A stretch of 64,000 nt of DNA. It comes from Hormiphora californensis (Eukaryota; Animalia; Ctenophora). Positions within the stretch are counted from its first letter, which is position 1. The number at the start of each line of letters is the position of its first letter. Of this stretch, positions 15,801 to 27,700 are shown piece by piece. The stretch is taken from contig CM035358.1 of the NCBI GenBank assembly GCA_020137815.1, positions 7,316,001-7,380,000 of the forward strand. The letters are read 5' to 3'. Below the pieces are notes generated by a model. The model was not told where the DNA came from. It saw only the letters and a list, made by a program, of their open reading frames with translations, and made no database searches. The position numbers were made by a program, and so were the translations under genes.

Positions 15801-18140
15801 TTATCTGGGAGGACCAAAGGGGTATCTTGGAGGGTCTTACGGCCTATTAGGGCCACCGATAATTCAATTAACTCCCTGATTGAGCATGATAGAGATTTAG
15901 TTTACGTTTAGAACGTAATAACGTGTTGATCCTGTACACTTTAAAGCCCTCGTTTACCTCTCTACTCCATTCCTAAGCGGAGTTAGAGAACACCCCAATC
16001 AAGGTCAATTATGCTCAATTACAGGAAAAGTAAGGCAGATATAGCTTTTTGACCTTGGTGCGACCCCCCAAGCATGCCGATTCTGCATCGTTTGAGCCCA
16101 AGTACGACTCTCTACGATCTCTCGTTCCGGAGATACAGCATACCCTATTTACGGCCTATTAGGGTCACCGATAATTCAATTAACTCCCTGATTGAGCATG
16201 ATAGAGACTCAGTTTACGTTTAGAACGTAATAACGTGTTGATCCTGTACACTTTAGAGCCCTCGTTTACCTCTCTACTCCATTCCTAGGCAGAGTTAGAG
16301 AACACCCCAATCAATGTCAATTATGCTCAATTACGGGAAAAGTATGGCAGATAGAGCTTTTGGACCTTGTTGCGACCCCCCTAAACATGCAGATTCTGCA
16401 TCGTTTGAGCCCAAGTACGACTCTCTACGACCTACCATAGCGGAGATACAGTATACCCAATTTACGGCCTATTAGGGCCAATTAGGGGTACTTCCCCCAC
16501 ACTTTGAGCCTTAAAGTTTTTTTTGGTTACTCAGGGCACCTGTTGGAAGGTTTTGGTGAAGGAATCGCTTTGACCTTTTTTACTTCTAGGTTCACCCCCT
16601 TTTTCGACATGTTTCCACCAGACTAACAGGGGAGGGAGGGAGGTCTATCGGCCAAAATCAGGGCATCGATGTACTTTTTTAGACTTTCAAGGGTGTCAAT
16701 GGTTCCCCATAACGGTATACTGGTTAGTTCAACTCACATATTTGACTCCTGATTTCTCAGCATCACCTCCAGCCCCTCCATCACTGTCACTACATCGGAA
16801 CTCAGAGAGGTCTTGTTGTGTCATTAGATCCCGGAACTGTGAGAGAGAGGGGGATTAGTTAACTAAGAGGATGATTACCGTTAAAATAAACAGAGAAAAA
16901 AGTGAGAAAAAACAAAAAATATTTCCGTCGCGAACGGTAGGATTCGAACCTACGCGGGCAGAGCCCAATTGATTTCTAGTCAATCGCCTTAACCACTCGG
17001 CCACGTCCGCATGTGATTCAAGACATTTCAAAGGACCCAGATAAAAGTTAGTGTTTATTGTGCAAGACTAACAAAACAGTTAACGAGAACACGCGAGATC
17101 ACTGCGCTGGCAAGCGCAAAGGTGACCACCACCTCCCCCCAGCCGCGCGTGCCAGAGAGCAGTAATAAGTTTTTTCAGTTTTTAGCCAAAAATGGCATTT
17201 TGCGACGCCCATAGCGAAGCCCCCACAGCACCAATCGGTCTGAAATTTGGTATACAGTGTCACGTAGACTAGATCTACTGGAGTTCAAAGGGGCAAGTCT
17301 CTATCTCCTTTAGTTTCAGAGTTCTGACATAGTGAAAAAAGCAATAAATGTCCCTGGTCTATATATCCATGTACATACATACATACATACATACATATAG
17401 ACGCTTTTTTACACAATTTGCAGACAATTTTCTGGAAAGACTACATAAGATAGACACTTCTCGTTTGTTGCATTCGAAAGATAACCGTTTGAGTTGTGTT
17501 ATTGGACGGTTTTCATGTTCCAGGTCCAACCAGAACGTCCTAAAATACTGTCATAAAGTTAAGACATTTTTCAAATCAACACAATTTCTTTGAGCTCAAT
17601 TTACACATTGAAGACGGCTTCTGATTGAAAAATGGAGACCACACTTGCGAAAGGTAATCGTCTAAACTTTCAGAAACTATATCGCGAATTTGTGAAACTC
17701 TATTTTCAAGGGTCTTAAATCGCGTCTGAAGTGTTAAGACTGTATGAAAATAGATATGACGATAGTGTGTTTTTCGCCATAGTGACCTCAAATCTTGTCC
17801 AATCGATCTCAAACTTGGTCAGCATCTTTATCTAGATGAGCCTGATACTAATTGTTCACTAACATGACGTTATAACGTCGTGACGTCACGCTATGACGTC
17901 ACAATGACGTCAAAATTGAAATTTTCGTATTTTAGCGATTCCTGACGGTCTTTACAAGTTCTGCTACGTCCAGACATGTCTAACATCGTATTTTAAATCA
18001 GAAAATACCAAAAATATAACTAAATTATGCCAAAAACTAACAGAAATTAGTTGGCTGGAAAGGTGACCACTTTTGTTGTCAAACTGACACTTTTGCCCGG
18101 CCCGGGTTACGGAAAGAGAGGAACTGGGAAAGAGAGAGGA

Positions 18141-18219
<79 letters not shown>

Positions 18220-21200
18220 GAGAGAAATCATAGTGATCAGAGACGGAAAGATAATGATGAAAAACCCGGAGAGGGCAAAGGTGTCAGTTTGACAACAAAA
18301 GTGGTCACCTTTCCAGCCAACTAATTTCTGTTAGTTTTTGGCATATACATATTTCATTCAGAAGCATAGGATAGAGCAGGAAAGATTAAACAAAGAAACA
18401 CAAACACACTGAATGAAGCCACGAACAAACAAACAAACATCAAATACCTCTTTATAGAACTGCAGAGCACTCTTTTCAAATTCTTCACTCTCAAAGTCAA
18501 CATCCAGGGTGAGTTGCTGAATGGCTGATAAAACCGGGGAGGGGTCGTACGCGGTTTGGGTGTGCCTGGATATCTGTTTATCGTATACTTTGGTGGCTTC
18601 CAGCGGAGAGAATTCATGACATTTCTTGTCGGTGATATTGTATTGAGCCATTAGGTGTTTCTTTAGCAGGATTAGCAAGGTACAAGACTGGCAGGCTACC
18701 AACACTTCAGTTAGTTTTGGTAGGTCCTCCACTTGGTCTATCTCATCAACATCCTCATCGTCTTCATCTTGCATTGTTTCAGCCATATCTCGGCCGTACA
18801 GGGCGTCCTTTGCCTGCTCTAGATACGTTGTTCCTGAGGTGGGAGAATCAGTTTAGAGATCTGATTCACCTAGTGTGAGGGTTCGGTGTAAATCAAACCA
18901 AGTTTTGAAATATACTAGCAGGGATTCAGTTCCCCCACCCCATGATTTGGAGTTGTAAACTGAGTTTACATACAGTTTACACAACTCACCAGATGTAGAT
19001 ATGAGGAGAGAGAGATGGTGTATAACAAAGAGAGGCTCCTCTAATATCTGGTAACTCATATGTGCCAGATTATCAGCGATGTACAGCAGCAAATTAATAT
19101 CCGTCCTTTTCACCTCATCGAACTGTTTTATCAGCATCACTAGTTGACTGTGCCTGTGTACTTTACTGTTTCGTATCAGGGCGTATACATGGGATAGCAG
19201 TGAGATGGGAGGGTTGTTCCTGAACCCCCGGACAGGGTAGGAACTGAACAGGGCTGTTTGGAGCTTGAAGCTCTCCCTCAGACCAGGGAAGAACTGACTG
19301 TGTATGAAGAGAGGGTATTTAGAGTCTAGTTCGATAAGAGTCTGTTCTGCTTTGACCCTGTTAGTCTCATCCAGGTCTGTACAGAGGCCGATCAGGAATT
19401 GGATGCAGGAGATTGGATGGAGTAGACCTTGGGTTAGGACCAGACATACCACTTGCAGGGCCATCGATCGCACCTGAAACAAGGTGACCTGTGTTTAGGG
19501 GGGGGGGGTCTTCACCACTAGGGGAGAGGGAGAGGAAGAGGGTCTAGTGAGGGGGCTATCTTAGAATAGCAACCTGACAGAAAAAAAAGCAATTTCAAAT
19601 GGTCATTTTTGGCGAAATGTCCGGGTCAATGACAGTTTTGACCCACTGTGGGGGGGGGGGGGGCAGGGTCGAGCAAGGCGACACATACCTGAGTTTGTTT
19701 GTGAAAGAAACAGCTATGTATTGGTGCCAACATTATCTGAGCGATAGCACCACTAACACTACTCTTCTCATCCCCATACGTCTTTAGATCTGTGATCCCC
19801 TCTCGTTTCAAATCATCCCTCATCTTCAGGTTCTGGACTGTTAACCTCTTTTCATCAGACATTAGGTGGAGTTGCAGGTTCTTGAGGACCCTCCATTTTA
19901 ACTTGACCGGAGAGTCGAATCCTGGGAGGAAGAGGGAGAGTGTGAGAGATATAAATTAGGGAAGGGTATTTTTCACCACCAGACCTAGAACAATTAATGT
20001 ACCTTTCAGGATCTCCATGTAAAGTTCTTTACTCTCCTCCTTCAACATCAGCCTGTCATGTCTAATAAAGAAGAATCCTAAACCAGCTATGGCGTTCTGT
20101 CTGATCTCCTCGTCTGAAAATCCCGCGAAGAACATCAGGATTTCGTAGACTTGCAGCTGGATGGTGGCAGCGTGGTTCTTGCCTAGTGAGGAAGTAAGGA
20201 CTAGAACATGTTCCAGATTTCAGCAAATTAAAACTATTTTCCCCCGATTCGATACTGGGGTCTTATTGAGTTCTCTTCTTACCCTGATCGAACTCAAAAT
20301 GCTGGCACAGTAGTCCGACAGTAAAGAGACTCCTGACAACTCTTTGTTTCTCTGCCGCTAAACTCTCATCCTCTGGGTTTGCGGTGAATTGTTTCCTGTA
20401 CTGAGCGAGGCAGATAAAGAACTTCTTGAAACAGTCCTGGGCCAGTTTGTAGTTGTGTGTCATCCTGTTGATAATAACACCCAAACAGCTGATACACGCC
20501 TGAGAGAGGGAGGGAGGGGGTTATTTCCTGTGTTACATCTTGATCAAGAACTTGGTATTATATACTCTCTAGTCCTCCGCTGATAACCATACCAACCCTA
20601 CCAGCTACCAGCTACCTAGTACCTGTGCTATAAGTTGTCCATATCTCATGATTGATGTGATCATATCTTCTTCTACAGACGCCAGGAAGTCATCTGATGG
20701 GTGCTCCATGAGAGGCAACACTATCTCTAACGTCCTGATATAACAATGGGTATTAGTGATCGGAGACATGTCCAAATAAGGCAATCACGTGCTGGGGACA
20801 TGTCCAAATAAGGCAATCACGAGCTGGGGACATGTCCAAATAAGGCAATCACGTGCCCAAATAATGCGTGTACAACACTTACTGTGTAACATGGTAGAGG
20901 GCGAGGTAGTCGGATTGTTGGTTGCATTTCATGTTCAGATAGGGGTGCAGGGTGGTACAATGTCGTGCTACAAGGTGGGGTAGGGCCTCTGCAAACAGGT
21001 ATATCGTGTGGAGACATGACACCAGTCTGCTACTGTTACCTGCAGCACCTGAAGTAGTAGTAGTAGTTAGTAATTAGTAATTAAATATTGACCCATCTTC
21101 CATCTAATTAACCAACTAACTAATTAATTAACTAATTATTTAATCAATTAGTTACCTGCACTAAAGTTCTCTAGTTTCAGTACACTGTCCACTAAGCAGT

Positions 21201-24200
21201 CCACCATCTTCCTGCTTTGTGCTGTGATCCTCATTCTCTGATCTTCATCCCTATCTGACGTGTTCTCATCACCTGCAGGTGGGGAGAGAGAGAGAGAGTT
21301 AGTGATGAAGTGGTGGAGTGTCGTATATTGGGGAATGAGGGTTCAGGGAACAGGGGGGGGAGACAGAATGACCAACAAGTTTGGTCACAGAGTTTAAACT
21401 TACCAGGTTTCAGGTACTGATTTAGTAACAGTTTGAACCACTCGCAGTTTTGGTCGGGACTCTCCGCAACAGCCTCGGTGATAGATACGACCCGTTTAAT
21501 CAGACCTTCCTCCGTCTCATCTTTAGTTTCTGTGAACCACAGCTCCATAAATACCTGGAGGAGAAGGAGTTTTGTTTTTATGTTCCAATATAATTTGGGT
21601 GCGTTGAGAGAGGGTCGAGCAAGGCAAGATGGTACATACCTAAACACCTAGAAGAGTGAGGTACACAAAAACAATTTCAATGCAACTGAAACGCTGTGAG
21701 TTGTTGTTAGTTACCTTAGCAACAAGACCTCTGATTCCGTCCTCATCATTAATTCTCCTAATCAACTTGATACAGATCTCGGTCAGCTTCGGAAAGTTTG
21801 GTTGTTGAACACACACATCACGAAGAATCTTAATCACCCTTTTCCTAACCTGGGTTGGGGAGAAATTAGATTGAATGTTTGAAACCTTCGTGACAAGATC
21901 ATTATAACTAGGTCTAAGTCTGATCACTGCGCTGGCAAGCGCAAAGGTTGACATTCCCCCTCCCCCAAACAGCAAAGCGCCGCCAGAAACGCAGTTATAC
22001 GTTTTATGGGTGTTTTGACTGAAAACCCAGATTTCAGAAGGCTATAGCATGGCTCCCATTCATCCGTTTGACTTGAAATTTGGAATGTATACCCGGCTCG
22101 GGGTCATTAACTTAAGTTCAAAATTTCAAGTCTCTATCTCATCTGGAACTGAAGTTACAGACAGGTCCCATTTGCCCTAGATTCAGTGTAACACATATGC
22201 GCGCGCACGCATAGGAGAGACGCATTTTATAAACCATATTCACGCCAAACGAAAAGAGATAGAAACTTCTCGTTTTCACAGCTGGTAGATCTACTGGATG
22301 TGTGTGCATTAGTCGATGTGAGGTCCCTTTTCATCGCCAGGAACGTCTTATAGAACGTCTTAAAGTCGTCATTTTTCAGACTCTGACTAAAATTCTTTGA
22401 GCTCATTTTACACCCTGAAGACGGATTCTAATCGAAAATCGAAGGTTATATCATGGAAAGAGAATTGTCTGAACTTTCAGAAACTGTATAGCGAATTTTC
22501 AAAACTAGACGTATAAGGGTCTTAAAACGCGTCTAAAGTGTTATGACTGTTTAAAAATAGATATGACGATATGGGTTTTTTCGCCATAGCAGACTCAAAT
22601 CTCATCCAATCGATCTCAAACTTGGTCAGTATCTTTATCTAGGTAATCCCGATGATATGACGTCATCATTATGACGTCATAACGACGTGACGTCATTTTA
22701 TGACGTCAAAATGACGTCAAAAATGAAAATTTTGCAAATTCGCGATTCCATCCTCTCCTTATCTGTTCTACTACATCTAAATGGATAAAAAAATCCCAAA
22801 AATGATGCAAATTATACCAAAACTAATTGAAATTAGTAGGCCGGAAAGGTTGCCCTATGATTTGAGCTACCTTTGGCACCAGTACATTCCCTTTTGAAGA
22901 TAGAAGAAGCATCGGTTATACCCTGACTGTACCCCGTGAATGTTACGGTGGCAAAGGTAGCTCAAATCATAGGGCAACCTTTCCGGCCTACTAATTTCAA
23001 TTAGTTTTGGTATAATAGATCTATACTGTATGTTTTACTACCCACAGAAATAGTAAACACCTACCCCTACGGCCTTGTCCAGTATTCGTTCAGATAACAT
23101 GGGGTAGTATTGTAGGGTCAGTTGGGGTTTATCCAACACAAACCTCCCTATCAGATCTACAGCTGCTTCACGGACAGAGGCAGCTTGGTCAAGGAACCTG
23201 CCATGTACACCAAGCTGCATCTCTTTCTGAGGGGAGAGTTAGTTAGATAATTAGTTAATTAGTTAGTTAATTAGTAGTTAATTAGTTAGTAAAGTATTAG
23301 CTGGATAGAAAGGGGCCAGCGGGAATGTAGAAATGGGGTATGGGATGGGACTTGAGGGCATGAAATGAAGATGGATGGAATCACTAGTCTCCACTCACTC
23401 ACCCGATGTAATAGATTAGGATCAGCGGATATGATGGCAGCGAGGGCCTTCATTGCTTTGGTCCTCAACCCTATCGCACTCTCCTGGAGCTCCAGCAGGA
23501 TCTTGTTTAGGTAGATGTCAAAGTTGATGGAGAGAGATCGGGAGGAGGCAAGGAACTGGGCAATACGGTTCGAGTTGGAGCTACTCACCATCCACCGCTG
23601 GGATCTAAAGGGGGAGAAGAAGGTAGGGAAGGTAGGGAATATTGATATAACACGAGAGTGGGGGATGATGATATACCCCTAGCAGAGATGGGTGTCTGAG
23701 CGAGTGCATGTAGCAAGGTTGTACACGGGAGGGGGGTGTTAGTTAGGGGGGGCGTTAGTTAGGGGGAGGGTAATCCTAACTTACTTGAGAGCGGATGGTT
23801 TGATGATATCCTTCTGTAGTAAGTTCTTTAGTAAACCCTTCTTCTCTTCCAAGTCCGATAACTGCTTTGCGATCTGAAACACAAAGGGGAGGAATAGTCG
23901 GAGGTCTGATATAATTGTTTTACTGGGGGCAGGAGACATCTAGACGGGGGGGTTTAGTACACATCATTACCTTCTCTTCATGTTCCTGAAGTGCCTCCTG
24001 TTCAGTTTTAACCTCATCTTCTCCCTTGGTAGCAGGGGGTTTAGGAGGGTTCTTTATCAGTTGTTCACACAATAGTTGTGCATCACGAATCCACTGTCCT
24101 AGGTAGAACCGTCTAGCGTGCTGTGGAGGGGATCAGTCGTCAGTCGGACCCAGATTTATCGGAGGATAAACCTCCACCGATATAGGAAATTAACGGTATT

Positions 24201-24701
24201 TGCCCCGACAATATACCGGGTATTGGAAAAGTTAACCTACCACTAGTCACTACTACTACTACCACTACTACTAGTAACTAGAGTCAACCTACCACAAGTC
24301 ACTACTAGTACTGCCACTTGTGTTAACCTACCACTACTACTACTAGTAACTAGTGTTAACCTACTACTACTAGTACTGCCACTTGTGTTAACCTACCAAG
24401 TACCACTACTACTACTAGTAACTAGTGTTAACCTACCACTAGTCACTACTAGTACTACCACTTGTGTTAACCTACCACTACTACTACTAGTAACTAGTGT
24501 TAACCTACTACTACTAGTAACTAGTAACTAGTGTTAACCTACCACTACTAGTAACTAGTAACTAGTGTTAACCTACCACAAGTTCCGGGTTAACTTCACT
24601 GTTGTCCACCAGGAAGGCTAACAGGACCAGCTGAAGATCCGTTATGTGTTCTGTTAACGGGTTGCTCCGTGTCTGGGGGAGGAGAGATTGTTACTTTAAC
24701 T

Positions 24702-24732
<31 letters not shown>

Positions 24733-27700
24733 TACATTTACTAATGTGAGGGGGAGGAGAGATTGTTACTTTTACTAGAGAGAGGGAGAAAGAGAGAGAG
24801 GGAGATTGTTACTTTTACTAGAGAGAGAGAGGGAGATTGTTACTTTAACTAGAGAGAGAGGGAGAGATTGTTACTTTAACTAATGTGAGAGGGAGAGATT
24901 GTTACTTTAACTAATGTGAGAGAGATTGTTACATTAACTAAAGAGAGAGAGAACAACTTACAGTACAGTCCTCGTCAGCCAGTAAGTCCTCGTCCTCTGT
25001 GTTCTCTTTGTGTTTGGGAAACAGGGGACACGCCTCCTCCAACTCATTGTTCTCATGCATCCACTGCTCAATTAACACCTGGACAGAGTGGGGGTTAAGT
25101 TCTAATCCTTCTTTACATGTGGGGGTCGAGCAAGGCAAGAGAGTGGAGGTTTCTTTTGGGATACTGATCAGGGTATGAACAAGAAGCTAAGATAGTATAG
25201 CGGGGTCTTGTTTAGATCAGGACAGAAATGATAGTAACTCACCCGTTTTAGTTTAGCTGAATCAGTGCGACTATTTACTGCATCTCTCCTTAGATGAGCC
25301 GCAATGTTGCCCAGGTACTCAATAGTTACAGTTCTCATTGCAAAGTCAGAGTGCTTACTGGAGAACGTTGCCACCTGGAAAACAAATATTGATCGTGTGC
25401 AGTTTACCCGGTAACAACAGCACAAGGTAAACTTTACCGCTAAATCTCCCTACTAAAACGAGTACTATCAAGTACAGATCTGGAGTAGTATTCCCAAGTC
25501 CCACTGACTCCCATGTCCTACTAGACTATAGCACTCACCAGCAGCCTGCCCAGTAGGTTGAGAACATTTTCAGCAGAGGGCCATTCTGGCAAGTTCAGAC
25601 ATGTCAGGAGATCCTCTATGAAGTTCTCAAACAGTGGACGGTAATCCTCTTGCTCCTTTGCTGAGTAGGGAGAAAAGTACAGGGTGTTTGCAGAAATATA
25701 GTGCCGAAATATTTGTCATGAAATCACGAGTGTCATGTGACGTAAGACCAGAAGGGGGTCGAGGGGTGTAAAAAGTCAATTACCTGAGCACTTTTTGAGG
25801 AAGGCAGATAGGAACTGTCTGGCGGTGACGAGTGCCTGTTCGTATGACGTCACGATTATGACGTCAGCATCAGGTGCGTAATACTCCTTGGGACCACCAC
25901 CCCCAGTGTTGGTGGTGTCACCCTGCTCTTCAGAACCGTTCTCAACTACTACACCCACTGGAGCTGGGATAGCATTGGGTCAAACAATTGGGTTAGACAA
26001 CGGGTCGAACAAAATCGAGCAGCGTACATGTTACAGTCAGTGCCTGACAACCAGGTAGTAGCATGACAAGAAGGGCAATAGAAAACATACCAGGTGGGGG
26101 TGGGGGTTTCTCTTCCTCCTCCTCTTCAGAACTTATCCTTGCGGATCTCTTCCTTCCCTTCTTTCCCTTGTGGTGCTTCTTCTTCTTCTTCTTCGGGGAG
26201 TCCACCTCTTCCTGTTAGAAAGATGCGACGTCATTCACTGTGACTTGTGACGTCATAGAAGAACAAGACATCATATACATATTTGTCATTCATTGGTAGC
26301 CATGGGTTCATAAAATACGGTAAAGTGGGGGTATAGTTTGTAATATACGGCAAGATTCCCAGCTGGTACTACCTACCTCATCTGGTTCCCTGTTGAGTGC
26401 TTCTTTTTTCTCCTCCGCAGCTGGCACCTTGATGATACACTGAATCAGCTGGAGAACCAGGGCTGTTACCATCTGGATACTCTCTCCGTTAGATAGGGTG
26501 TAGCTGAAATGGGGTCAGAGGTATTTGTCTGGTACTTCTGGGTAGTGCAAGTGGGTACTGAGACAAGGTGCTACTGAGCGCTGTTTTGAATTCCATTTTA
26601 CCTTCTGAAGTTCCTTTTTGAGGAAGGTAACCGAGCCAGAGAACTGAAGATATCGTCTAGAATGATCTGGCGATGTTTCTCGTAGACACAGAATATACCT
26701 CTACACACAGAGAGGGCTGCCAGTTGGAGCGTCCCAACATTCTCGACAAAGAACGGAGAAACGGACAGAGTGGAAATCTGAGGGGAGGGGATAAAGAACG
26801 GAGAAACGGACAGAGTGGAAATCTGAGGGGAGGGGAGGGGGTAAAGAATGGAGAAACGAACAGAGTGGAAATCTGAGGGGAGGGGGGTAAATATCAGATG
26901 TTGCTGCAGCATGCTACTTCATCCCTCAGGAAGTTGCCTTGCCCTATTCTAGTTTGGAAAAAACTCGTCTAAGGAATGTACCTGTAAGACAAGGGTATCA
27001 GGGAGTGTCTGAACGTTCAGCAGATCCGGTAACAGCTCCATAATTTCAACCGTTTTATTGTACACAGAAACCAGGAGTTTGTTTGTCGGTAACACGCTCT
27101 TTTTCCTCTTACTCTTCACAGACTGTCCATCGTCTGAAAAAAAAACAAGAGGGAGTGTCAGATATATCTGGTCATATTGTATTTATCAAGTACTATGTAG
27201 TGGTATGTACCTTCAACTCTGTTGAATCAACAGAGTGCCGAGTGCGAATTGCTTTGCCCCACATGACAAAACAGTGTAAAGGAGGGTCAAAGCCGAGAGT
27301 GCGACCATGTGATTCTTTACCTTTTCCCTTGGGATCAGCGTATACAGGATCGTATGCAGGGTATACACCGTTAATAAGGTGGAACCTCATGAATTGAACC
27401 GTTCTCTCTATCACGTCCTCAAGATACACTGTAGGGAGGGGGTGTAGATAAGGGTGTAAATAAGGGGACACGTTTTATAGGGAGGCCAGAGTGGGGATTT
27501 ATAGAGAGGATGGGGAAACATGTGTGGGGTAAGAGCTAGAGGGTTGATACAAGGAAGAGAGACAACATTGTTTTTTGTATATCACAGCAGCTCTTACCAG
27601 CTTTAGGCATATCAGGTGAGGTTAGAATATGGAAAGCAGAGATGGCAGCCTCGGCTGACACCTGCATCCTTCCCAGAGTCTCTTTTTGGTACGAATACAG

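Noticed and set aside
17865-17915. Clusters of TGACGTCA (CRE-like) sites, also at ~9725, 12780 and 22655
   Set aside because: Mostly inside repeat elements; no independent evidence of regulatory function.
20763-20855. Triple ~32-bp repeat acatgtccaaataaggcaatcacg
   Set aside because: Short intronic tandem repeat that does not span a splice site.
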